Positions 46,691 through 59,149 are shown, numbered from the stretch's first letter. The stretch: DNA of 64,000 nt from Gammaproteobacteria bacterium (GCA_963422205.2 CAXMWX010000005.1:736001-800000); one strand, 5' to 3'. Translations and numbers: made by a program. Notes: a model not told the origin generated them from the letters alone.

Positions 46691-47267
46691 AAAGTATATA
46701 CAACATGAATCATTGAATGTTTTTTATGATAACCGAAGTGGTAGGGATTATGATACTATGCTTGTCAAAAAACTGACTGAATAGGCCAATATAGAGAATC
46801 ATTTTTTCTAAGATTTTAGATAAGCAAGGTTGAATTGATATCAGTTGATAATCATTGGTTAAATTATTAGTAAACTAACTAGCGATAAAGGTTTTGAATA
46901 GTGTGGCATGACTGCGCTGAAAAATATTGACAATGAATCATTTGAAAAAAAGAGTAGGCCTACTCTTAGTACGAAACAAAAAACTGAACAACTACTCACG
47001 TTGCCTAAAACACTGCATTGCACCTTCAAGGGATGCGAGACTCGAATTGGAAAACCCTGCATTTGTGGCACCGTAGCATAAAGCTCAAATTTGACTTTTG
47101 AGTAAAAAATGAATTTTATTAGTTTCATGTGATTCGGATTTTTTGGTTTATTTTATGGTTAATAATTATTTTTGGTTTCAAGGAAATGACAAAAATTTCA
47201 ACAATTAACATTTTTTTCCAGGTGATTAAATTTAGGTATCGTACCAGGCAATCATTTGACCTTAAAA

Positions 47268-49550
47268 ATGAAATTAAAGTTAAGTGTTCCCAAAGATAAA
47301 AGTCACGAAGATGTGGCTACTTGTGTTGCTTGGACTAATGCAGATGGAGTACTGTCAGGAGGAGATGATCACAAAATATTACGATGGAATCTTTTGACTG
47401 GAGAGCACACGGTAGCATGCAAACTGCCTTCAGATGTATACCCTACTCACATGTCACTTTTGCCCAGTCAGTCAAAAAGTGGTAAAAGTCAGGCATCAGA
47501 TGTGATTGCGGTCACTAGCTCTGATGGAAAATATCTCATTCTCTCTGGTGCTGGTCGCATTGAAAAAAGCGTAGAAGCTCACAAAGGAGCTGTTTTAAGT
47601 GGAAAATGGAGCTATGATGGCAATGCGTTTTTGACAGCTGGTGAAGACGGCCAGATAAAAATATGGTCTCGATCAGGTATGCTTCGTTCCACTCTTGTGC
47701 ATTCAGTGATTAGCATTTATTCGGTTGCATGGAGTCCAGAGTCTGATCAAGTTTTATACACTTTTGGTAAAGAGTTGGTTATCAAGCCACTGCAGCCATC
47801 AGGCAAGGTTGTAAGTTGGAAAGCTCATGATGGAGTTGTATTGACAGTGGACTGGAATTCGGTCACTAATTTGATACTTTCTGGTGGAGAAGATTGCAAA
47901 TACAAAATATGGGATTGCTATGGACGACCTCTTTATTCAAGCACTTCACACGATTATCCAGTTACCTCAATTGCGTGGTCTTTTGACGGCAATGTATTTG
48001 CTGTTGGATCTTTCAACAGCCTTCGTCTTTGCGATAAATCAGGTTGGTGCCATGGTCTGGAACGAACATCCACTGGAAGTATTATGAATGTAGCTTGGAG
48101 TGATGACTGTACTCAAGTTGCTGCTGCTTGTTTTGATGGTAAAGTTGTTTTTGCTCATTGCATTGAAAAGCACTTACATTGGCATGAATTTGAAGTTGTT
48201 CAAGTTAGCAGGAAGACTGTCACTGTTCGAAATGTTTTGAACGATGCTTCTGATATAGTGGAAATGAAGGATAGGGTAATTATGGTTTCACTTGATTTCA
48301 GCCATTTGATTATTGTGACCTCTTCTCAGTGCCATGTTTACAGCACCAACAACTTCAACACCCCTTCCATATTTGAACTTCGTTCAGGCGGGGTTTCCTT
48401 TATCAAGCAAGCTCAAAAACACTTTTTGTTAAACACTGGAGCTGGTATTTTTGTGTATTCATACGAAGGACGTCAGTTGTGCAATCCCAAAATCCCTGGC
48501 AGTGTAAACACATCACTTTTAAGCTATCGATCTGTGTCTTTGAGTAATGATGTTTTAGCAATAAAGGCAGGCCAGGATGAAAGATCAGTTTTGCTTTTTG
48601 ATGCTGTCACTGGAAAGTTTGTTGGTGATGGCTCTCCACTTGTTCATAAGCTAGAAATTCAAGACATTCATTTGAGTAAGGTTGGATCAGTGGTTGATCG
48701 TTACTTGGCTTTGATTGATAAAAATCATGACGTTTACCTTACATCGGTTCAAAAATCTGGTGCTGATTACAATCTCGTTAAACTTGCTTCAATGGTACAA
48801 TCTTTGGAGTGGAATACATCTGTGAATATGCTTTGTGGTCTGTGTGATTCAAGTGTAATGGTGTGGTTTTACCCTCCTGTTGTTTTTATCGATCAAGCAA
48901 TCTTGCCATTAACTCTGTATCAAAAAGAGCACAACGAATTAGGCAAAAACCCAACTCTTTCTTCGTATTATGAAAATACTGTTCGGGTTTCTCGAGAAAA
49001 CGGATCGTTGGTATATGTACCGATAACACCTTATCCAGCTATTTTACATCGCCTGGTAGCGTCAGGCAAATGGAATGAGGCCGTCAGACTGTGCCGTTTT
49101 GCAAAGGAGAAAACGCTTTGGGCTTGTCTCGCTTCCATGTCAGTTAAAGAGAAAGATCTCAACACCGCCGAAGTGGCGTATGCTGCTATTGAAGAAGCTG
49201 ACAAAATTGAGTGCATTGGTGACATCAAGAGTCTTCCTTCTAAAGATGCGAGAGCAGCAGAAATGTCCCTTTTCTGTGGGCACATCACTGAACCTGAAGC
49301 TGCGTTTTTGCATGCTGGAATGATCTACCGAGCTATACAACTGAACATGGACTTATTTCGTTGGGAAAGAGCGCTGGATTTGGCAATAAAGCACAAAACT
49401 CACGTCGACACTGTTCTGTGGTTTAGGCAAGTGCATTTGCAAAGATTGAACCGCAGTGAAACCAATCAAAAATTTAAAAAATTTTCCCACGGAGTTGAAT
49501 TAAACTGGGAAAATATACAAGCAAAGATAGAACAAGACCTCACGGGCTAG
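47268..49550 (+). CDS. IFT80: Intraflagellar transport protein 80 (WD40 beta-propellers plus C-terminal helical region), 760 aa, single-exon CDS
   Basis: Continuous ORF from the ATG at 47268. Motifs match IFT80 end to end: MKLKLS..HEDVATCVAWT, GRIEKSVEAHKGAVLSGKWSYDG, GEDGQIKIWSRSGMLRSTL, WKAHDG, GEDCKYKIWD, WNEAVRLCRF, LWACLA, WERALDLAIKHKTHVDTVL. Confidence 0.97.
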   Translation: MKLKLSVPKDKSHEDVATCVAWTNADGVLSGGDDHKILRWNLLTGEHTVACKLPSDVYPTHMSLLPSQSKSGKSQASDVIAVTSSDGKYLILSGAGRIEKSVEAHKGAVLSGKWSYDGNAFLTAGEDGQIKIWSRSGMLRSTLVHSVISIYSVAWSPESDQVLYTFGKELVIKPLQPSGKVVSWKAHDGVVLTVDWNSVTNLILSGGEDCKYKIWDCYGRPLYSSTSHDYPVTSIAWSFDGNVFAVGSFNSLRLCDKSGWCHGLERTSTGSIMNVAWSDDCTQVAAACFDGKVVFAHCIEKHLHWHEFEVVQVSRKTVTVRNVLNDASDIVEMKDRVIMVSLDFSHLIIVTSSQCHVYSTNNFNTPSIFELRSGGVSFIKQAQKHFLLNTGAGIFVYSYEGRQLCNPKIPGSVNTSLLSYRSVSLSNDVLAIKAGQDERSVLLFDAVTGKFVGDGSPLVHKLEIQDIHLSKVGSVVDRYLALIDKNHDVYLTSVQKSGADYNLVKLASMVQSLEWNTSVNMLCGLCDSSVMVWFYPPVVFIDQAILPLTLYQKEHNELGKNPTLSSYYENTVRVSRENGSLVYVPITPYPAILHRLVASGKWNEAVRLCRFAKEKTLWACLASMSVKEKDLNTAEVAYAAIEEADKIECIGDIKSLPSKDARAAEMSLFCGHITEPEAAFLHAGMIYRAIQLNMDLFRWERALDLAIKHKTHVDTVLWFRQVHLQRLNRSETNQKFKKFSHGVELNWENIQAKIEQDLTG

Positions 49551-49763
49551 CAGGTATGTTCTAACAGCGAAGTATTAGTATTGTTTTAGTATTCAGTGCT
49601 TTTGCGTGTTGCGATAGTTTACACGTACTGGTGCTTACTTGTCTCTAAGACAGACATTTTTTGTGAAACTTTTTCGCCTGCACTGTTATTTTCATTGTAA
49701 TAGTTGTTACAAAAGTATTTCGGCTCTATTGCTATTTGAATGATTTTTAGTTTAGCGCTTAAA

Positions 49764-50072
49764 CAACGCTGATGCCTAGTGGTAAGAGCGTACGCCTCTG
49801 GAGTTGTAGACACTGGTTTGATTCCGAATCGGGTTAAACCAATGACATTAAAATTGCTATTCACAGCTTCCCTGCTTGACGTTCAGCATTAAAGGAATAG
49901 TGTGGACAAAAAACCGGCAAGTTTACTTGTTGTGCCGTTGGGAAGGGCACTAAGCGGGATCCCCCCATTTTGGTGTGGTAGACAGATGGCTGGCAACTCC
50001 AAAGCGAGCTCGTTAAAGCGCTTTGATCACTTTCTCGTGTTAGGAGGATAAATATGCTTGCAACTAAACTAA
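49764..50072 (+). mobile_element. tRNA-derived SINE, family A, near full length
   Basis: A/B-box head, core and tail as in 6893-7190. Confidence 0.85.
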
Positions 50073-52136
50073 CATTTTTATTTGCAGTAAGACCTTTAAG
50101 TAGATTTCGTTGAAAAAATACTGACATGGCGAAGTAATAGTCTTTTTTTCTGTGGTTTAACTCATTTTTTATTGTTGTAAATGTTATTAAAGTTTTTCAT
50201 TTTGATCTAACTGTCCAGTGCCTCCAGCAGAGATTTCTACAAAAACGTATCTCTGTAGTGCTGCGCTGATTTAGACTGTGACAAACTATCGGCTTTGTTT
50301 GTATGAATATATGACTCTTCTATTTGCAAATATGCGGCGTGCTACAATTGATTGCTCTGTAGCAGGTTTTCAGCTGCATTTCTTTTTAAAATAACATTTT
50401 AAGCCTTTTAATTTGTTTTTAGGCTACTCACTGGAATCGCATGGAGAACTCCATGTATGAGCATGGTGAAAAGTGCAAGTAGATTTTATGGCGGTATTGC
50501 TTCATTGTCAACTTTTCTGACTCTCTTAAGCGTTGTTTTATTTCGCATTTTTTTATCGACAATTTCTGAAGCTTTTTATATTTGTTATGGCAAACTGTAA
50601 ATTGTATTTTCAAAAAGTTATTTTGTTATGCGATTAACCCTTGTCTTTTTGTAAGCGATAGGCTAAAATGGGACTGACCTATGACCATAGCTTTGACACA
50701 ATGAAATCTTGAATTCAGTTTTTGTTTCACCAAAAAAATTCTACGGTTCTATTAGGTTTAATAAGCGTAGAATGTAGATGACGTGTTTTTGGGCCGTGTC
50801 ACCGTGGTAGCTTCGTTTTTTTTTTTTACTTTTTTTTGACTCCGGAGAAATAAAAACGGTCTGCGTTTTTAAAAACTGTTTGACGTCACAGTTCGGAATG
50901 TATCATTCGTTGGTGTTCAGTCTGTATGGAAATTGCATTTTCTGTCAAAAATCGTTAGCTTAATTTCAGTTTCAACAGAGGTAAAGTTATGTCCAAATGT
51001 TTGTCATGCAAGAGGTAATAATCAACTGTATTAATCGCATGAATCTTTTTTTCGGGGGGGGCGCGTACGTCTTTATGGGATTTAGTGATTGATTTTTAGC
51101 TAAGATCTTTCGTGAGTTAGTTTTCTTTTGCACGGAGATAACATGTATCTAGTTCACTGAAAGCTGGCGGTGAATTTGTTGAAACTTGCTGTATTATGCT
51201 GTATGCTTCTGCTTTAGTTTAAATTTTTTTTCTTGCTGTCTATATTCCTGTGCTCGGCTGTTTTTTTAAGCATTCTAAAATGCCTGTGTATTACGATGTG
51301 CAGACGAAAGGTGCTCAAGGAATAGTGCTGAACTGCTCGTTTACATATTTTTGAATTTCGAGTGCAAGTTCTACGGCAAAAAGCGCAATTCGTAAACGTC
51401 ACAACTCGTCTTTTAATGATTTTCATTACGAGGTTGTTTCTGGTTTGTTTTAAATTTTTAGAGTTTTGATTGTTTTGACGCGAGTAAACTGCAATGGTTT
51501 GACCCAACCCTTACTCTCTTAAACGTAGATATTTCCGGTTTTCAGTGGTTCTACAGTACATTAAGTTGCATAGTAATGCCCAAACTTCTAGCTTTTTTTA
51601 TCATAAATTTGTTTCCAGCGATATTTAACATTAGAGATAATTTTGGAAGTAGCCCTATTTACATAAGCTTCGGTACGAATTTCTAGCTCAATTGGTAAAA
51701 TTTTGTTTTTGTTTTGCTACAAATCTTGTTACTGTGATGTTTGTTATGTTATTTATAGTTTCTAACTGGGTTGTACAAAACAATAATGAAATTTTTGAAA
51801 AAATTAGTTTTACCCTGGAACTGACTTCAGACTTCTGTTGTATATACTGTAGCTCTGCACATTAAATTGACTTTAGTTAAGATTGGTTTAGTTAGAGTTA
51901 GACGTACCAAGTTGTGATTGTAAAGTTGTCCTTTAAAAATCTTAATGAAGAAGTTCTGCTTCTCACAACTTTCTACGGTTAGCGCGAGCGATTTAATCTC
52001 GTAAACACGGTTTAAAATGCACCATCGATTTGTGTGTAAATGGTCAATTTAGGCAGTTTTGCTTTTACTTGCATCGCAAAGCCCAACTTTGTCTGCGACA
52101 TTTTGCGTGGTGGTGCCGCGCATGGGTAGACTAAAT

Positions 52137-55006
52137 CAGGGGTCCGTAAATACTTTTTGGCGCGACCCCAAAAAATTGCCCTAAATTCACGCGACCCGAA
52201 AAATTTGGAAGCGTTATTTTTGTTAACATTATTTATTTTAATTACTAATTTTAAGGCTACTGTCAAACGCAGCAATTTTTACAAACAGGAGAAAGTTAGC
52301 ATCGTCGTAAAGAATGAACCATTGCGTTTATTCTTCTAGTGAGAAGTATGAGCTTTGCATTTAGAACACAATAAGCAAATTCGCGGATTGATGCGGGAGA
52401 CGATCCAAAATAGAGTGAACGGTTCCGGTTTGGAAAGTCAAAACTCGCGAACTGTGCAAATCCAATCCAAGTTTTCCCATTATATTCAGTCATAAAATCT
52501 TTGCTGTTCTTTCGTGTATATAGCGGGTTTGGCCGCTGTCCGTGTTTTTGAATCATTCGTTATTTAGCAGTTTCTCAACATTTGTTTATGACGACCCAAA
52601 ATACCAGTAGATAAAATTGATTAAAATAAAGTTTTATGTTCAAGTCCAAGAAATGCAGGCCGAGTTCAATTCCGAGATAGACGAAATGTTACGTGTACAA
52701 AATATTTCTAAAGTTTATGGAAGGCTTATCACTGTACAGTCCGCAAGTTGCCACCGCGCTAATACTTTTTGATGTTGTGCTTGCTATGTTGCTGTCAATA
52801 GGCACTAAATATGAAACAAAAAAGTGAATAGTTAGGCTATCTCATCGTTAATGATTCTGCTCAAAGAACTTATAATGTTTTTAGCATCTTTTTTGCGAAA
52901 TATTGAACTGCCTAACAGCCTAGCTGTTAAGCTAATCCTAATTTGGTCAGGCATTTTTCTGTTTAGCCACTTATTTGTGTATGCTTTATCAGACTACTAA
53001 CCTAAAAACCGCAATGCGCTTATATCATCCCTCAGATGCCAATAACACAGCTCAAAGTGAACTGAGATGCGCTAACAGTGACTAGCAATCAGTGGCGCAC
53101 GCAGGATTTTTCAATGGGGAGGGGTTTCAGTGACGTTACATCGTGATGACGTAAAACACTACGAAATACTACGTCATCACGATGTGACGTCACTGGCAGT
53201 GTCAATTTAGATTTTTAACGTTTATAATAATTTTTCATCAAACATAGCGTAGTGTTACAGATGTCGCTATCAATGTGGAAGATTTTGGATATAATTCCCA
53301 GGCCGGTCAAATCAGACTATGTAGCCAACGGCTCGCGAGCCTGCGACGTTTCTTCGGACCTGTGTTGCCCAAGCGCTAAGACGCGGGATCGGACCCCGCC
53401 ACTCGCTACCATGCTTCGGTATTGCAGCGAGTTTAATGAAAGAAGTATAATCAAGATTTGATTTAATTTAATAAAAAGATTTTTGTGCAGCCATAGCTAC
53501 TGCAGAGACACCGTATTTAAAGGAAACTCCTACTAACCAACTGCTTCACAGCAGCAGCATCAATGACAAAAATGCAGTTCAAGTAAAACACATGAAAAGT
53601 TGGACTACCATTGTTGCATATCGCATCGTAATGAAAGTTTCCCGAGATTAAATTTGAAAGTTGGACCGAACAGAAAAAACATAATAGCAATTTCGGCAAG
53701 CTCCGCACGAAGAAAAGTCGGTTTGTTTCAAAATTATATAAGAATTAATTTTTTCTGCTATTGTCAAGGGGGAGGTGACTCCCGGCCACCTCCCTTGCAT
53801 ACGCCACTAGGGGTCATCTTAGCGACTGGGGAACACAGAAACGTCGCAGCATTGGCGAGCTGTTGACGAGACTGTGCCGATTTGACCGGCGCGCGAATCA
53901 AGCCCCAGACCTTTCGCACCGATAGTCTGTGCGCTTGCCCACTAAGCTAACGACCGGTACCAGCCCACAAATCGAACCCAAAACCTCCCGAGCCGATCGC
54001 GATGTCTTTGGTTACCCCCAACTGGGTGGTATGGTTAACTCAAAGTTGTGACATCGCAAGCAGAACATCCGCCTACCTTGCAACCATTTTCTGCGCTGGA
54101 ACGTTGTGTTGTCCAGCCTTGATAGCCGTTGAAAACAATCGCTTGATGACATCACAATACGACTCCAGCTTTAACAATACCCATTGACTTTGTCCTGGCT
54201 TGAATTTTGTGTTAGTCGTTGGTTCAAGCGCAACCCACCAGAAAAGTTTGACTACCGGAATTATTGCATCACAATGAAAGTTTCTCTAGATTAATAAGCA
54301 AGTTGGATAGCACAGAAAACATGATAGCAATTTCGGCAAACTCTATATGAAAAAAGGCGGATCGTTTCAAAAAGAGAGGTTTTTATTGTTTTTTAAATCG
54401 TCGATGGGAAAGGGGTTTGACTCCCTGTGCGTACGCCACTGCGTATATGCCATTAAAGGAAACTCCTATTTATTTATTTATTGCTTCACAGCAACAGAAA
54501 TGACAAAATGCGGTTCAAGCGACACATCGCAAAAGTTAACCTACTGTTACATCACAATCATAGTATCTCGAGATTAGAAAAGAAAACTGAATGGAACGGA
54601 CGAAGCGTTGGAAATTTTTGCAAGCTCGAAGAAAAGGCGAACAAAAAGCGCATCATTTTAAAAAAGTTAAGTTTTTACTGCATCTCTAATCGACAAGGGG
54701 GGGAGGTTTGACCCCCGAAACCCCCCATTGCGTACACCACTGCTAGCAATAAAGACGTGGAAATTCTACATGCAGCGCCCAATTAGTTATTATTCGTTAC
54801 AATCAACACTTGTTGCGGAAGAATCATATTTTAAAACTTATCACTCAAAAGATAGTCAAAGAGTTCCAAACAAAAAAAAAACTGAAGCAAAAAAATGTCA
54901 TCATGTCAAAGTGATTATGTAGACCTACGTTTAAAATTTTTGCGACCCAAAGTCGAAGGTGTCGTGACCCAAATTTGGGTCGCGACCCACTATTTGCGGA
55001 CCCATG
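52137..55006. mobile_element. hAT (Charlie-like) non-autonomous element A
   Basis: CAGGGGTCCGTAAATA / TATTTGCGGACCCATG; TSD GACTAAAT at 52129-36 and 55007-14. Confidence 0.85.
53090..54742. mobile_element. hAT-type composite element with SINE cargo, nested in element A
   Basis: CAGTGGCGCACGCA / TGCGTACACCACTG; perfect TSD CTAGCAAT. Confidence 0.85.
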
Positions 55007-55014
55007 GACTAAAT

Positions 55015-56704
55015 CATTGCTCTTCAACCAGAGTGCACGGTGAACCTTAGGGTTCACGACAACTGCCACTGGAGTGCATGAGTGAAATAGGGTGCATAGG
55101 GGTTCACTACAAAGATTTTTGTTAAGGTTGATTACGGATGAAGACATTTTCTTAGGTGAAACTTGTAGAAGAAATTTCGCTATTAGGCCTACCGGTATAC
55201 CAATAAATTGATTAAAAGTTGTTGCTATTACACATATATATAAATATAGCCTATTGGGAAAAGCGGTTATGTGGGGTAAAGCGGACATCTCCATGCTATC
55301 ACAAAACCAAAAGTCAAGAATTCTTTTTTTGTGCCTAACAGCTAGAATTAACTGCAAAAGCTTTGACAACACTGCTTTTCTTTGTTTCGAGGTAATCAAC
55401 TTTTAGTCTTTTATGCAGTTGTGATGTAATAAAGATGTAGCATAAAGAGGATATTTCTGTGGTTTTATTATGAATTTTTGAAAGGTTTTTTAGTTTTTGA
55501 CAGTTATTAATGCTTTACCCTTGCACCAGATTTCATTCGTTGAAGGTTAGTGTTTTTTTTTTTTTTTTCGGAATGTAGCATTTACATAAATTTCAAGATT
55601 GCAACTACACAGGATTTGATTATTTTTTTTTATACTTTGCTCCAGGGGCGCACCCAAAAAATTTCAAATGGGAGGGGGTCTAAAAAAAAAGTCGATCCCG
55701 CACTCAGGAGCGGATCCAGCAAATTTTGGTAGGGAGGGGATGAAATTTTGAATTAGCTGAAGAGTCAACTAAATACAAAGACGTTAAACCCCAAAAAAGC
55801 GTAAAAAGCCCTTTGAAATGTTTTCATGTTTGCATCGTATTCAAGAACTTTTTTCAAGGAGGGGGCACCCAATTTTGCCATATTTTCAAGCATAGTTTTT
55901 TCGGGCAGAATCATTTTAAAGGATATCGAGAATAAAAAAAGTTTTAGAGGGGTCCGGGGGCATGCTCTCCCGGAATTTTTTTGAGACTTTACATACTGTA
56001 GCCTAGTAGCCATTTTAGCACCTTTTGAACCATTTTTAGGCAAATTCATCAAACATGATGCAAATATGTTTCACCAAATATCAGCAGCATTTTGTTTATG
56101 CATTTTCAATTATGCGTGCTTAGGGCGAAAGGCTTATTGTTATCAAAAAGGTTCAAAATCATGGAAAAACTGTATTCATCAAAAAACATGTTTGAAAATG
56201 GCTGGTGGGGGGATGCATCCCTTTTGGATTCACCCATGCTCGCACTGATAACAACATCTCTTACCACTACACCAACCAGTCGATTTGGTTTGATGCGGGG
56301 CAAATTCTGTCAAAGCTGTTTTGAAATATTAGCACGTGCTACACTTGCATAGTTTGGACACTTCACTTTAAAAACAAGGGTTCGGTTTCAAAAGGAGAGG
56401 TTTTGACCCCCCCCCGCCTGGGTGCGCCACTGCTTTGCTCACTTTTTATGTGTATTGTGTATTTTGCATAAATGTGTTTTGATAGGGTTTTTGCATAACT
56501 GTATTATCAATTTCTCGCCTATTGCTTTTTTAATCTATACCTATGTCTATAATACCAGTAGGTCGTGATAGTTTAAGGATACTCAATAGAAATTGCGGGT
56601 TTCGCAAAGCTTTTTTAGACTTTGAGTAATTTTATCGCAAGAGTGCATGAAATATAAAGTATTTTTGCGAAGGTGCACGAGAGAAAAATGGTTGAAGAGC
56701 CCTG
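55015..56704. mobile_element. hAT (Charlie-like) non-autonomous element B
   Basis: CATTGCTCTTCAACC / GGTTGAAGAGCCCTG; TSD GACTAAAT at 55007-14 and 56705-12. Confidence 0.85.
55643..56432. mobile_element. hAT-type MITE nested in element B
   Basis: CAGGGGCGCACCCA / TGGGTGCGCCACTG; perfect TSD CTTTGCTC. Confidence 0.85.
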
Positions 56705-56721
56705 GACTAAATAACAGATTA

Positions 56722-59149
56722 CACTGGGCAACAAATTTTTTTAGAAATGTGTTTAACATAAGACCATAATGTTTTTTTATGTTTTGGGGGGCGCTGATTT
56801 AGAAAATGATAATGAAGTTACAATTTCATGTTGGTGTAATACAAAACTTATGGCTATTATAATTCGACATATTACACACAAAATTTAAACAACTCACAAA
56901 TATGCAATTCAAAAGCACTGCAATGTCAAATATTAAAAATGGACATTTAAATAACTTTTTCGCTTGTATGTGGTGTTGCATTTCCGCACTAAATTCCATA
57001 CATAGTTTACCATCATGGCTTTGTCTCACCTCCCTTGATAGCGCTTTTCCATCACTTGGATAACTCGGTGAAACCTTTCACCATGCTCTTCACTTGCGCT
57101 TCCCAAGTTGTCTCGAAAGAAATCCAAGCGAGAATGCAAAAGATGCAACTTGAAGGACATGCGGCAATCAAGCTTTTCATAACTTTTAATCAAATTTGAC
57201 ACCAACATTGCATAGTCGTCTCTTTCATGTTTTCCTAGAAATCCTTCCACAATCACTCTCAAAACTTGCCAAGCATTTCTTTCCAAATCAGGCATTAGTC
57301 CCTCCAGCCCTTCAGATGCCAACATTCTTCTTATTTGTGGCCCCACAAATATACCTCCTTTGACTTTTGCCTCAGATATGCTTGGGAATAACTGTCTAAT
57401 ATAGCGAAAGGCACGGCTTGTCGGTTTCAAGCTCTTTACAAACTGTTTGGCCAGTCCGAGTTTACTATGCAATGAAGGAAGTAAAATCTTGCTCCTTTCT
57501 ATAAGAGGTGAGTGTGGAAGCCTGGTGTGAGATCTTCGCAAGGTGACCAGTTTTGACCACGTAGTGCTGCTCATCCGCTCTGCTATTCCACAAACAAAGA
57601 AAACAAGAATGTTTCGTATAAACCTCCTTGCAATCCCAAAAAAATGCTATCATTTTGAAATTTCCACAAACGTCTCAATTATGATTAATGTATCGAAATA
57701 ATTCAAGTAATACTTTTACGGATTCACTATCTTCCTTCATTGGACCAGAATGTGCAATTGAAATGGATGGATACACATCACCATTATGTAGAAGAACAGC
57801 TTTCAAACTTTGCTTTGAACTGTCAATGAATAAACGCCAATCCAAAGCTGAGTACACAGTGCCAATCTCCTGAAACAAGCCCTGTGTGTCAGTACAATAA
57901 CAAAGTGAAGGATGATCCGAATCCGAGGGCATTGTATAGAAATTTGCAAAGGTCACGTGCCGTTTTCTTGGCATGGATATCTTGCATGAAGGAGCAAGCA
58001 AATTCCACTCTTTGAGGCGGGAAGAAAGTATCTCTGCTTTTGCTTTTGTAAGACCTAAGTCTCTAGATAAGTAATCTAATTCATCTTGATTCGGAAAATG
58101 AGGATCTTTGCTGGAACAATTAGTGTCAACCTCAAAACCAGTATCGTCATCTTCCGATGAGGTTAATGATATAGCATGCGTTGTTGAAGGTTGAGGAATA
58201 GGCAATTCTGCGCCATGGTTGACAGGCGCAATGGATCAAGGTATAATTGGATAAACAATCTTATTCCTATCCTTTGTTTTTTTGTATTTGGAAATATCCA
58301 CCATGCAGAAATAGCAGTTATCATGATGATTAGTGAATTCTCTCCAGATTCGGGGAATCGCAAACGGCATACATTTACGACATCCTTTTAATGTGGATCT
58401 GCAACTTCCACAGCCAAAATGTGGGGCCCAAGATTTATCTTAGTTACCCGTCTTCATGCCAAAATATGCCTCATAGGCTTTGAAGAATTTTGTTTCTGAT
58501 ATGATTTTGTGCTTCGTTTGCCGTGGATTAATGTAGTAGCCACAAACGTAGCAGAAACAGTCAAAACTAATTTTGCGGGGTCTTTTTAGACTCATATTTA
58601 CTGAAGAATTTAAAATGTCAATAGCACTAGATTTAACCTTCAAAATCAAATAAAATATAGCATATTTCTAAACTAAGCAACTTCACTGTAGGACTAACTT
58701 GCAATATGTCAAGCAGTTAAACTAAGAGCAATTGCTGCCAGATTCAACGATCCACCTAGAATAATATGCCTACAGCCTACTCTGTCTTGTTGGCTGTCCT
58801 GGCACTGGACCCAGTTCAGACACGTGCATTAGAAGCCCGCCAAAATTGTGTCGAATCACGTGAGAGTGAATGACAATTTGCTTATTTACATCTTTAACAC
58901 CATTTAGAGAGTGATAAAAACAATAGCAAAATGTCATAAATGATATAATACAAGACTGAAAAGTACTGTAAATGTCACGTATTACTAAAATTGTATAATT
59001 ATTTCGTATATTAGGAACTTCAATTTGTTGTAAATATTTTCAAAACCATTGACACTACGCGAAAACTAACTCCAAAATCGGCATCAGCGACCCCCAAAAC
59101 ATAATAAAACACTCAAAAAAAGAGATTAACAAAAAATTGTTGCCTAGTG
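56722..59149 (-). mobile_element. Chapaev3 (CMC superfamily) DNA transposon, full length, transposase disrupted
   Basis: TIRs CACTGGGCAACAAATTTTT / revcomp CACTAGGCAACAATTTTTT, TTA TSD at 56719-21 and 59150-52, and further subterminal similarity. Transposase pieces: FCYVCG, KSWAPH..C..C, IWRE..H..NCYFC, WRLFIDSSK, CFLCLWNSRA, LHSKLGLAKQFVK, GIFVGPQIR, KLHLLHS, SEEHGERFH..MEKRYQG. Confidence 0.88.
56940..58595 (-). pseudogene. Chapaev3 transposase pseudogene
   Basis: One transposase broken across ORFs 58440-58649, 57675-58205, 57465-57653 and 57026-57574 by frameshifts and TGA stops at positions where Trp is expected. Confidence 0.85.

Noticed and set aside
47000-47190. RFX X-box for IFT80
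   Set aside because: Only a half-site (GTTGCCTA) and a weak GTTTCAAGGAAAT are seen, too degenerate to call.
47256-47267. IFT80 start at 47256 as given by the ORF track
   Set aside because: That codon is TTG; the ATG at 47268 matches the conserved M-x-LK N-terminus.
54845-55399. 184-aa minus-strand ORF
   Set aside because: It spans the junction of two hAT elements and their TSD and has no recognisable domain.
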